In this document: piece by piece, positions 1-7,385 of the stretch
How the letters are laid out: every line of letters begins with the position of its first letter
Numbering within the stretch: the stretch's first letter is position 1
NCBI GenBank assembly: GCA_963668355.1
Contig: OY764265.1
Coordinates: 1,952,001 to 2,016,000 of the forward strand
DNA length: 64,000 nt
Direction: 5' to 3'
Source of the DNA: Bdellovibrionota bacterium
Lineage (GTDB): Bacteria; Bdellovibrionota_G; JALEGL01; DATDPG01
Position numbers and translations under genes: made by a program
Notes under the pieces: model-generated
Told to the model about the DNA's origin: nothing
Database searches by the model: none
What the model saw: the letters and a program-made list of their open reading frames with translations, nothing else

Positions 1-211
1 CGCTTTTTCCGTGTGTTTTAACGCACCAGTCATCCATGAGGTCCAAAATTTCCTGGGGCTGAAAGACAATTGCAGCGTACTCATCCAAAGGTTCTAAATT
101 ATAATCGGTGACGACGGCAGCAACCTCCAGGATATGGTCTCTCTTTTCATCGAGACCCGTCATCTCCATGTCAACCCACAACAACTTGTTGGCCTTAGGT
201 GTGTCACTCAT
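1..211 (-). CDS. orn: Oligoribonuclease (5' part; runs off the window start)
   Basis: Not in the ORF track. Manual translation from ATG 211 gives MSDTPKANKLLWVDMEMTGLDEKRDHILEVAAVVTDYNL...MDDWCVKTHGKS, matching the Orn signatures W.D.EMTGLD and MD.W...H..S. Confidence 0.93.
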   Translation of the reverse strand, partial: MSDTPKANKLLWVDMEMTGLDEKRDHILEVAAVVTDYNLEPLDEYAAIVFQPQEILDLMDDWCVKTHGKS

Positions 212-232
212 GATAAGCAACGTACCATAAAA

Positions 233-682
233 ATGGACGTTGTCCTTGTACATCCTGAAATTCCGTGGAACACCGGAAATGTGGCTCGCACATGTGTAGC
301 GACTCAGACCCCTCTGCATTTGGTTAAACCCCTGGGCTTTTCTTTGGGGGATAAACAGATGAAGCGCGCGGGACTGGATTATTGGCCTCATTTAAATCTC
401 CATGTGCACGACTCTTTGAAAGCGTACTATCAGACTGACGTCGCCGCTCGTCCAACGTTTTTGTTTTCTCGTTTTGCACGAAAATCTTTTTGGGATGTGG
501 AAATGCCTTCGGATGCGGTGCTTGTTTTTGGAAGTGAAACCAAAGGGCTTCCGGATAGCATCAAACGACGTTATCGAGGATCGTTGGTTCGCATTCCGAC
601 TCCAGGAAAGGTGCGTTCGCTCAATTTATCGACTTCCGTAGCCATTGCCCTTTTTGAAGCTCTCCGAAAAAACCAAGCATAA
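233..682 (+). CDS. trmL: tRNA (cytidine/uridine-34-2'-O)-methyltransferase, SPOUT family
   Basis: Motifs PEIPWNTGNVAR, KRAGLDYW, FGSETKGLP and RSLNLS. Start moved to ATG 233 because the longer ORF overlaps orn. Confidence 0.93.
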   Translation: MDVVLVHPEIPWNTGNVARTCVATQTPLHLVKPLGFSLGDKQMKRAGLDYWPHLNLHVHDSLKAYYQTDVAARPTFLFSRFARKSFWDVEMPSDAVLVFGSETKGLPDSIKRRYRGSLVRIPTPGKVRSLNLSTSVAIALFEALRKNQA

Positions 683-694
683 AACTCCTGTCGT

Positions 695-840
695 GGGGCA
701 GGAAAGCGCGCGAAGACAAGTTCTGGACGAAAGCGAAACCTCGGGGGAGGGAACCTCCCCCCCGGACCTTCGGTCCGGCTCCCCCCCCCCACGCTTTCGC
801 TCAGAACTTGTCTCCTCACGCTTTCCTTCTCTTTCCCCCC
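695..840. repeat. Branched palindromic (REP-like) element C
   Basis: Nested stems 700-708/819-827, 714-725/802-813 and 728-735/792-799. Two apical hairpins 743-750/754-761 and 762-768/772-778. Confidence 0.75.
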
Positions 841-857
841 AAGAATCCAAAAACGTC

Positions 858-1072
858 TCGAAAAGCTTTTTATCTTCAAACTTCCTTCGCTCCGAGTTTC
901 GGCTTCTCGATTCGTTACGGTCACTTCCGGATGGGCCCCTCGTTGTCCGCCCCGCGATCATCCTCAAAAAAGGATGCCGCGGGTCGTCTCCGTTTCCCCT
1001 TCCTTTCGTTCCCTGGACGAATCGGTCGCCTTCACAGTCGCTCCGTAAGTTTGAAGATAAAAAGCTTTTCGA
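858..1072 (-). repeat. Structured dispersed element A, copy 1 (candidate ncRNA or ssDNA element)
   Basis: Perfect 26-bp terminal inverted repeat 858-883/1047-1072. Core blocks 933-952 and 982-1000 are identical to copy 2 at 47283-47302 and 47326-47344. Strand is inferred. Confidence 0.8.
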
Positions 1073-1170
1073 AGGCGACTTCTTGATATTTTTTATTCTT
1101 CTTAACTTTGTTAAGTACTCGGGGGTTGGGGGTGAAGAATGGATGTGAATATGGTATCCATGCGCCTCTT

Positions 1171-2022
1171 ATGAATACGACAAATTGGAAAGACGTCATC
1201 AAGGCTCCGCAAACCCATGAAGGGTGGTCCGTTTTGCACCAGGTCTATCAAATCAATTGGGCTGCCTGGAGAGAGATTTCTCCGCAGGACCAAGAAAATA
1301 TTTTGATTGAAGCGGAACAATTTTTTCAAGAACACAAAGCGTCCTCTGAGGGCGAAACGGCTTTGTTCAGCGTATTGGGATCTAAAGGGGATTTGTTGGT
1401 TTTACATTTTCGCAAAACCTTCGATGAGTTGAATGCGGCGGAACTGGCGTTTGCTCAAACCCATTTCTCCAGTTTTCTACAACCCATGGAATCGTATGTT
1501 TCGCTGGTTGAGTTGGGAACGTACGAAATGACCGTGAAGTTGGCCGAAGAGCTTTCAGCCAAAGGCCTTTCTCCCGACTCCGAAGATTGGAAAGCCCTGT
1601 GGCAAGAAAAGATGAAGGGGCAATACGAGAAAATGAAAGGACGAATTTTCCCAGAAGTCCCCAAGCGTAGGTACTTGTGTTTTTATCCCATGGACAAAAA
1701 AAGAGGAGAGTCTGTCAATTGGTACCAAGTTCCCATGGAAGAACGGCAACGGATGATGCGTGAACATGGGATGATTGGTCGAAAGTATGCCGGAAAAGTA
1801 ACCCAAATCATCACCGGGAGCATCGGCTTGGATGATTGGGAGTGGGGCGTCTACCTTTTTGCGGACATCCCAAACGTGTTCAAAGATTTGATTTATGAAA
1901 TGCGTTTTGATGAAGCCAGTGCAGCATATGCGGACTTTGGTCCATTCTGGACGGCGCTTCAGTTTTCGGCTTCAGAATTAAAAACTCTGATGAAAGGAGA
2001 AGCTCCATGTCTGAACGCGTAA
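1171..2022 (+). CDS. hemQ: Coproheme decarboxylase (ChdC/HemQ)
   Basis: EGWSVLHQ, KGDLLVLHFR, FYPMDK (Y-P-M-x-K), MREHG (proximal His), QIITGSIGLDDWEWGV and YEMRFDEASA. Confidence 0.9.
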   Translation: MNTTNWKDVIKAPQTHEGWSVLHQVYQINWAAWREISPQDQENILIEAEQFFQEHKASSEGETALFSVLGSKGDLLVLHFRKTFDELNAAELAFAQTHFSSFLQPMESYVSLVELGTYEMTVKLAEELSAKGLSPDSEDWKALWQEKMKGQYEKMKGRIFPEVPKRRYLCFYPMDKKRGESVNWYQVPMEERQRMMREHGMIGRKYAGKVTQIITGSIGLDDWEWGVYLFADIPNVFKDLIYEMRFDEASAAYADFGPFWTALQFSASELKTLMKGEAPCLNA

Positions 2023-2387
2023 ACCAAGCGATTCTTTTCCTGGCCCATGGAACCAAAGAAATCGAAGCCTCTCAGCCGGTGTTTGAATATGCCAAAGCGC
2101 TTTCGGAAGAACTGAATATGCGTGTGGAGGGCTGTCTCCGGGAATTCATTGAACCGAGCATTCCAACGGTTGTGAAAAAATTGATCGAAGACGGCGTGGA
2201 AAAAATTTATGTTTTGCCCTTCTTTCTCTTTAAAAGCGGTCACGTTACCCGGGACATTGAAGAAGATATTCAAGCCGAACGGGAGAAACACGCTCATGTG
2301 GAGTTTGTTGTGGGAGAACCTGTAGGATTTGACCCGCGTCTCGTCTCTGTTTTGAAAGCGCGTGCCAAAGACGTGCTTTCCCGCTAA
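2007..2387 (+). CDS. Small class II chelatase (CbiX-S/SirB family)
   Basis: 126 aa with LAHG[T], EFIEPSI, PFFLFKSGHVTRDI and EPVG.DPRL. Overlaps the hemQ stop. Confidence 0.82.
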   Translation: MSERVNQAILFLAHGTKEIEASQPVFEYAKALSEELNMRVEGCLREFIEPSIPTVVKKLIEDGVEKIYVLPFFLFKSGHVTRDIEEDIQAEREKHAHVEFVVGEPVGFDPRLVSVLKARAKDVLSR

Positions 2388-2411
2388 ACGCTTGTTAATA
2401 TTGGCAAGGTA

Positions 2412-3659
2412 ATGAAATATCTCCTTGCTGCTGCCATTGTTCTGGGTTGTCAATTTTTCAGCGCTTCTGCGCTCGCGGACGGTCCTTTGCGCTCCATCAT
2501 CGTTTTTGGAAATGAAAAAACCGAGCGTGAGACCATTTTAAAAATTATCAGTGTTCCCCGACGAACCTACGTAGACCGACGCCTGATTCGGGATGTTGAT
2601 GATCGCTTGGTGAATTCCGGTTTGTTTAAAAAAGTTCGTGTCCGGAAAGTCGATAATCGAGATGGGACGGCTGATTTACGGGTTTATGTTGCGGAAAAAC
2701 AGCTCTGGTTCATTTTTCCCGTATTTCAAGCATGGAGCGGGCGATACAGCGGAGGTGCGATTTTCGGCGAAAAGAATTTATTCGTACCTCAAGGTAGCAC
2801 TCTGGCTTTGGCTCAGTATGGAAATGAATCTTATCGGGGCTTCATTGCTTACGATCAAAAGAATTTATGGGGTTCCGATTTTACCGTGCGTCTTTGGGGA
2901 TTGGGTCGAAGCGACAACGTCCCTCTCTACAACAATGCCACGTTTTTGGATCAAATCACGATGAAAGACAGTTCTGTGGCGTTGACTCCAGGATATCAAT
3001 GGACAAACGAAATCCATACGAATGTGGAAATTAAGTTTCGTCGGATATGGTATGGGGATTCCACCTTGGTCCCCGCTTCTGGAACCAAAGGAAACGATGT
3101 TTCTTTGAAAGCAGAGTTTCTTTACGACTCGATGAAACGGCGCTCCGCCTTTCTCAAAGGCATTAAATTCAAAGCTGCATATCAATTCGCGGAAACACGT
3201 TTTGGAAGTGATTATTCCTATCACACGCAAATGGTGAGTTGGCAGCAGGCCTTTCGCTTGGGGAAACATTTCAATTATGTCTATGACTTGTCGGGAGCCA
3301 TTGCTGATCCCTCGCTTCCTTTTCACAACGATTTCACGCTCGGAGGAAATTCCCTTCGCGGTTATCAAGATCGTCAATTCCGGGGTGATACGCAGTTAAC
3401 CGCAAAACAAGATCTCCTCTTTCGTCTGTTCCAACATTCCAAATTTTCTGTGTTTGGTTTGGTTTTTCATGACCTCGGCGTGTTGTATCGAGATTCCGTG
3501 GAGAACCTAGGACGTACGCATTTGCACAATGGTGTGGGTGCAGGTTTAAGGGTTTCACTTTCGGGAATCATTGCCCCCGTTTTTGGTGTGGACTTTGGGT
3601 ATGGGATTGAGGATGAGGATTATCACATCATCCTGGCTCTTGGTTTGGTTGATTTTTAA
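2412..3659 (+). CDS. Omp85/BamA-TamA family outer-membrane protein with a single POTRA domain
   Basis: Signal peptide, POTRA-like GNEKTE...L.NSGLFKKV, barrel motifs LGGNSLRGY and GVGAGLR, C-terminal Phe. Confidence 0.82.
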   Translation: MKYLLAAAIVLGCQFFSASALADGPLRSIIVFGNEKTERETILKIISVPRRTYVDRRLIRDVDDRLVNSGLFKKVRVRKVDNRDGTADLRVYVAEKQLWFIFPVFQAWSGRYSGGAIFGEKNLFVPQGSTLALAQYGNESYRGFIAYDQKNLWGSDFTVRLWGLGRSDNVPLYNNATFLDQITMKDSSVALTPGYQWTNEIHTNVEIKFRRIWYGDSTLVPASGTKGNDVSLKAEFLYDSMKRRSAFLKGIKFKAAYQFAETRFGSDYSYHTQMVSWQQAFRLGKHFNYVYDLSGAIADPSLPFHNDFTLGGNSLRGYQDRQFRGDTQLTAKQDLLFRLFQHSKFSVFGLVFHDLGVLYRDSVENLGRTHLHNGVGAGLRVSLSGIIAPVFGVDFGYGIEDEDYHIILALGLVDF

Positions 3660-3850
3660 ACGATTGCGGGGCTATGAGAAAGAAAGGTCTTCCCATGAGC
3701 CCCCCCGCCCGGTGTAGATCCTCCCGAGTGATAGCTTCCCTCTTCATACCATTCTCTACGCCTTTCTGAATTTAGACATGTTCACTCCAAGAGGGAGCTT
3801 TCTGTTTTTGAGTTGTTTTTTGAGGTTTGACACATCGCGGTAGATTATTT

Positions 3851-5146
3851 ATGAAGGGCTCCATGAAGCGGTTGGGTGTTTTTATTGGTTTTTTGACTTT
3901 GGTTTCATGTCCCTTTTTTCCCATTCATTCTAAGGCATTGGCTCAGGGTTATGAGCGTCAAGACGTGCGTTTGGAAGAACTCTGGCGTTTGGGTGAAGAG
4001 GGGGATGAGGCGTTTTTCGGAGATATTCGAAAAGTGGTCGTAGGAGAAAATGGCTACATTTTCATCCTCGATAGCCAAAAGGAAGTTGTGGAAATGTACG
4101 ATTCCGAAGGGCAATACATTCGAGATATCGGAAGAAAGGACACGGGACCCGGAGAATATAATCAACCCTGGGGAATGTTCTTAATGGAAGGAAATCGAAT
4201 TGCCATTACGCAGCGTTTTGGTCGTCGGGTAGCCGTTCATCCCATTGACCCCACTCGGCCGATTGAAGTTCTTTCCCCAGAAGATTTCAAGATTCCCTCA
4301 ACCGGTGTTTTGGATGGAGTGGAGCAATCCAAGGGGCGTATTCTTGTTTTAACTGACGATCACAACTTCTCCGTTCGTCCTCCAACTTTTCGGAGGGTTT
4401 TAAAGCTTTTTCGTCGTGAGAAAATAAATTCGGAAGATTTTCAAGTCGAAACCTCTTCTTCTCAAGGTCACTCTGGGGGACATCCAGGGCATGCAAGTCA
4501 AACCGGACATTCTAAAGGAGGCCATCCTGGTGGAAAGAGTGTAGATCGTTCAAAAGATGAATCTATTGCTCTTCGAGAATTTTCCTCTTATGGCTTTGAA
4601 GTACTTCGAACGAAATTTGAGCATGATTGGGATCAAATTGAAAATTGTTGGGTTGTTAATGGGTCAAAACTTTTTGTGGCCGAAAATGATGCGTATGTGG
4701 TTCATGCTTGGGACATTGAAACCGGATCCAAGAAAATCGCTTTTCAAAGGCAAACGGAAAGATGTCCTAGAGACAAAGAGGAAAATGTTAAAATTGCTAA
4801 GGATTTGGACCATTTTTTCGGTGAGCGAGCGCATCTTAAGGATATCGAAACGCGAAAATTTCATCGAGCCATTTTGGGAATGCAGCTGCGAAATGACTCG
4901 GAAATATGGATTCAAACAGGCGTTGATCCCTGTGAACGAGACGATGATGTCGTTGCCGTTATGGATGTTTGGTCTTTGAGTGGAACCTTCTTGAAAACGA
5001 TTGAGTTTCACTCCGAGGGGAAGTATTTGGGATCATCTTTTCGAAATCGAGTTTACTTGCATGGAGACCGAATGTACGTTTCTACAAGAGGCGATGGCGA
5101 TCAACCCATGCAGTTAATCGCCTATTCTCTTCCCTTGGATATTTAG
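3851..5146 (+). CDS. Secreted NHL/6-bladed beta-propeller-like protein
   Basis: Signal-peptide-like N-terminus, and GYIFILDS, YDSEGQYIRDIG.K..GPGEYNQP and DVWSLSGTFLKT blades. Start could be 3863. Confidence 0.65.
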   Translation: MKGSMKRLGVFIGFLTLVSCPFFPIHSKALAQGYERQDVRLEELWRLGEEGDEAFFGDIRKVVVGENGYIFILDSQKEVVEMYDSEGQYIRDIGRKDTGPGEYNQPWGMFLMEGNRIAITQRFGRRVAVHPIDPTRPIEVLSPEDFKIPSTGVLDGVEQSKGRILVLTDDHNFSVRPPTFRRVLKLFRREKINSEDFQVETSSSQGHSGGHPGHASQTGHSKGGHPGGKSVDRSKDESIALREFSSYGFEVLRTKFEHDWDQIENCWVVNGSKLFVAENDAYVVHAWDIETGSKKIAFQRQTERCPRDKEENVKIAKDLDHFFGERAHLKDIETRKFHRAILGMQLRNDSEIWIQTGVDPCERDDDVVAVMDVWSLSGTFLKTIEFHSEGKYLGSSFRNRVYLHGDRMYVSTRGDGDQPMQLIAYSLPLDI

Positions 5147-5902
5147 CTCTTTTCCAAAGAAACGGTCCAGTTTCACGTTTTTCATGGCAGATCGGGCACT
5201 TTCCCGAAGGCTCGGGATTTCTGCAGACATTTTTGTGATCCAAGCTTTTACTTGCTTCCTCTTTAGGTCGCTGTATTCGTGGTCTGGATGCGTGGGGCAA
5301 ATCGGGCATGCACAGCCGATCATCGGAAATCCCCTTTCCTTTGCGTAATCCGCGACATCTTGTTCAAAAATATAGAGAAGAGGACGGATGATGGGGGGGT
5401 GTCCAGAATCGGAAATGAGAACCGGTGGAAGGGCAGCCAATCGTCCTCCGTAAAAAAGGTTTAAGAAAAGCGTTTCCAACGCGTCGTCGAAATGATGCCC
5501 CAAGGCAATTTTGGTCGCGCCCATTTTTTCGGCAGCCGTGTAAATGGCTCCTCGTCTCAACTTTGCACACATGGAGCAAAAGGTGCTGCCTTCTTCTTTC
5601 TTTTCCGAAACGGTTTGAAAAATGGACTGACGTACCAGGTGAAAAGGAATGTCCATCGCCTTACAGGCTTCTTCAAACGCGGACGTATCGAGTCCTTCAA
5701 GGCCTCCGTCAATGGTTAGGGCGGAAACACGGAAAGAAATGGGAGCCTTTTTCTGCAATTCGACCAGAAGGCCCGCAAGCGCCCAGGAGTCCTTTCCTCC
5801 CGAGAGGCCGACGACCACATGGTCCCCTTCTTCCAACATCTGATGTCCGAGGATGGCTTCGGAAAAGGCTTTTTTGATTCGTGATGTGGTCTTTCCGGTC
5901 AT
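5114..5902 (-). CDS. ttcA: tRNA 2-thiocytidine(32) synthetase
   Basis: PP-loop SGGKDS, CSMC..LRRG, GHH.DD, IIRPL and a C-terminal Cys cluster. ATG 5902 preferred over GTG 5917, which lies in a hairpin. Confidence 0.9.
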   Translation of the reverse strand: MTGKTTSRIKKAFSEAILGHQMLEEGDHVVVGLSGGKDSWALAGLLVELQKKAPISFRVSALTIDGGLEGLDTSAFEEACKAMDIPFHLVRQSIFQTVSEKKEEGSTFCSMCAKLRRGAIYTAAEKMGATKIALGHHFDDALETLFLNLFYGGRLAALPPVLISDSGHPPIIRPLLYIFEQDVADYAKERGFPMIGCACPICPTHPDHEYSDLKRKQVKAWITKMSAEIPSLRESARSAMKNVKLDRFFGKELNIQGKRIGD

Positions 5903-5916
5903 TTTATCCAAATACA

Positions 5917-5955
5917 CGAATGGCGAGGTTTGGGATCCAAAAGCCTCGCCATTCG
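5917..5955 (-). terminator. Strong stem-loop 3' of the histone gene
   Basis: Perfect 12-bp stem cgaatggcgagg 5917-5928 / cctcgccattcg 5944-5955. U-tract is weak. Confidence 0.6.
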
Positions 5956-5962
5956 AAAAAAT

Positions 5963-6205
5963 TTATATCGCAAGGAGGTCGTGCCCGCGAACGGTTTTTC
6001 GCTTGTTTAGCTGGGCACGTTTAACAGCCTGGTCCAACTCGAATTGAATTCCAAAATTAATGGCTGCAAAAACATCTGAAGAAGAATTCATTCCCTTGGC
6101 AGAGATGAATTCTTTGATTTTCGACTTCATTACGAAGCTTTCAACCTTAATGGTTCTTTTTTTTGTCGTTTTTTTTGCTTTTTTAGCTTTCTTTTTCTTC
6201 GCCAT
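5963..6205 (-). CDS. Bacterial histone-fold protein (Bd0055/HBb-like) with Lys-rich N-terminal tail
   Basis: Core VMKSKIKEFI..KGMNSSSD...AVKRAQLNKRKTVRGHDL carries the SK-x-K start and the histone RKTV...D motif. Strong SD (aaggag). Confidence 0.85.
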   Translation of the reverse strand: MAKKKKAKKAKKTTKKRTIKVESFVMKSKIKEFISAKGMNSSSDVFAAINFGIQFELDQAVKRAQLNKRKTVRGHDLLAI

Positions 6206-6362
6206 GTTTTCTCCTTAAATGCGGGATTGGGATTTTTTGAATATTCAAAGCTTACCCAAAGGCCCCTCGAAAAGAAAAAGAAAAACAACCCCCGGATATC
6301 GCTGCCTTAGTTTGACATTCGTGGTTGATAATGATTGGTATGGCAGCCAAAAGGAGTTTGTC

Positions 6363-7385
6363 ATTAATTCGTATAAATCGCCCCCGACACCAGAAGAAGT
6401 GATTCAACAATTTATGTCTCGCATGCGCACTTTTTTTAAGCGCTCAGGGCGAGGCTTTTCTCTATTGCTCATTGTTCCCATCCTCCTTTGGTTGGCGACC
6501 GGGATTGTTTTGGTAGACCCGGATGAAGAGGGGGTCATGTTGCGATTTGGCAAATATGTTCGGAGCGTGGGGCCCGGCCCTCATTGGAACTGGCCGGTGC
6601 CGATTGGGAGAACGATCACGCCTCGTGTCACTACGGTGCGAAAAATTGAGGTGGGATTTCGGACGGTTGATGTAGGTCCTCCCGCTCGATATCAGTCCGT
6701 GCCTGTGGAAGCCCTCATGTTGACCGGGGATGAGAATATTGTGAGCTTGGAGTTCATTGTTCAATACAAGATCAGCGATGCGTACAAATTCCTCTTTCGA
6801 GTGCGAGATGGAGAGGGGGTGCTGAGAGACGTTGCCGAATCGGCGATGCGCGAAGTGATTGGACAAACCCCCATTGACCTCGCTCTTACTGAGGGAAAAG
6901 GGAAAATACAAAATCAAGCACAGGATTTAATCCAAACCATGATGGATGACTACGAATCGGGAATCCAGATTGTGACCGTAAAACTTCAGGATGTGGATCC
7001 ACCCGATCAAGTTGCGGATGCATTTAAAGATGTTCAAAATGCCCAACAAGATCGGCAGAAACGGATCAATGATGCCAAGGGAGTCCAAAATAAATTGATA
7101 CCGGAGGCCCGAGGAAAATCTGCTCAAATGATCAATGATGCACAGGCCTACCGAGAGTCGCGAATTCGAGAGGCGGAAGGTGAGGCTCAGCGTTTTAAAT
7201 CTCTTCTTGTGGAATATCGAAAGGCCAGAGAAGTCACGAGAAAGCGTCTTTACATAGAAACCATGGAAGAGGTGTTGGGAAAAATGAATAAATATGTCAT
7301 GGAAGGAAGCATCTCTCAGAATACCCTTCCATACTTGCCCTTAAATGAACTGCCGAAGGCCGGAAAGAGTGGAGGTTCCAAATGA
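6363..7385 (+). CDS. hflK: FtsH protease modulator HflK
   Basis: TM helix plus SPFH domain (V.LRFGK, MLTGDENIV, V.DAF.DV..A, RKRLYIETMEEVL). Start uncertain (ATT 6363, GTG 6321/6399 or ATG 6414). Confidence 0.92.
   Translation: MNSYKSPPTPEEVIQQFMSRMRTFFKRSGRGFSLLLIVPILLWLATGIVLVDPDEEGVMLRFGKYVRSVGPGPHWNWPVPIGRTITPRVTTVRKIEVGFRTVDVGPPARYQSVPVEALMLTGDENIVSLEFIVQYKISDAYKFLFRVRDGEGVLRDVAESAMREVIGQTPIDLALTEGKGKIQNQAQDLIQTMMDDYESGIQIVTVKLQDVDPPDQVADAFKDVQNAQQDRQKRINDAKGVQNKLIPEARGKSAQMINDAQAYRESRIREAEGEAQRFKSLLVEYRKAREVTRKRLYIETMEEVLGKMNKYVMEGSISQNTLPYLPLNELPKAGKSGGSK

Noticed and set aside
134..232. N-terminal extension of trmL in the ORF track
   Set aside because: It overlaps orn on the opposite strand, and TrmL similarity begins at ATG 233.
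858..1072. Element A as a classical MITE, hammerhead ribozyme or riboswitch
   Set aside because: The terminal repeats differ entirely between copies and no target-site duplication is evident. There is no CUGAnGA core, and the neighbouring genes are unrelated.
645..1148. ORFs across elements C and A (645-1148 and others, plus 47184-47489) sharing GPLVVRPA...CR.SSPFPLP
   Set aside because: The peptide similarity is explained by the conserved nucleotide core. There is no SD, the sequence is low-complexity, and ORFs are open on both strands as expected for GC-rich palindromes. The frame-preserving 6-nt indel is noted but is not sufficient evidence.
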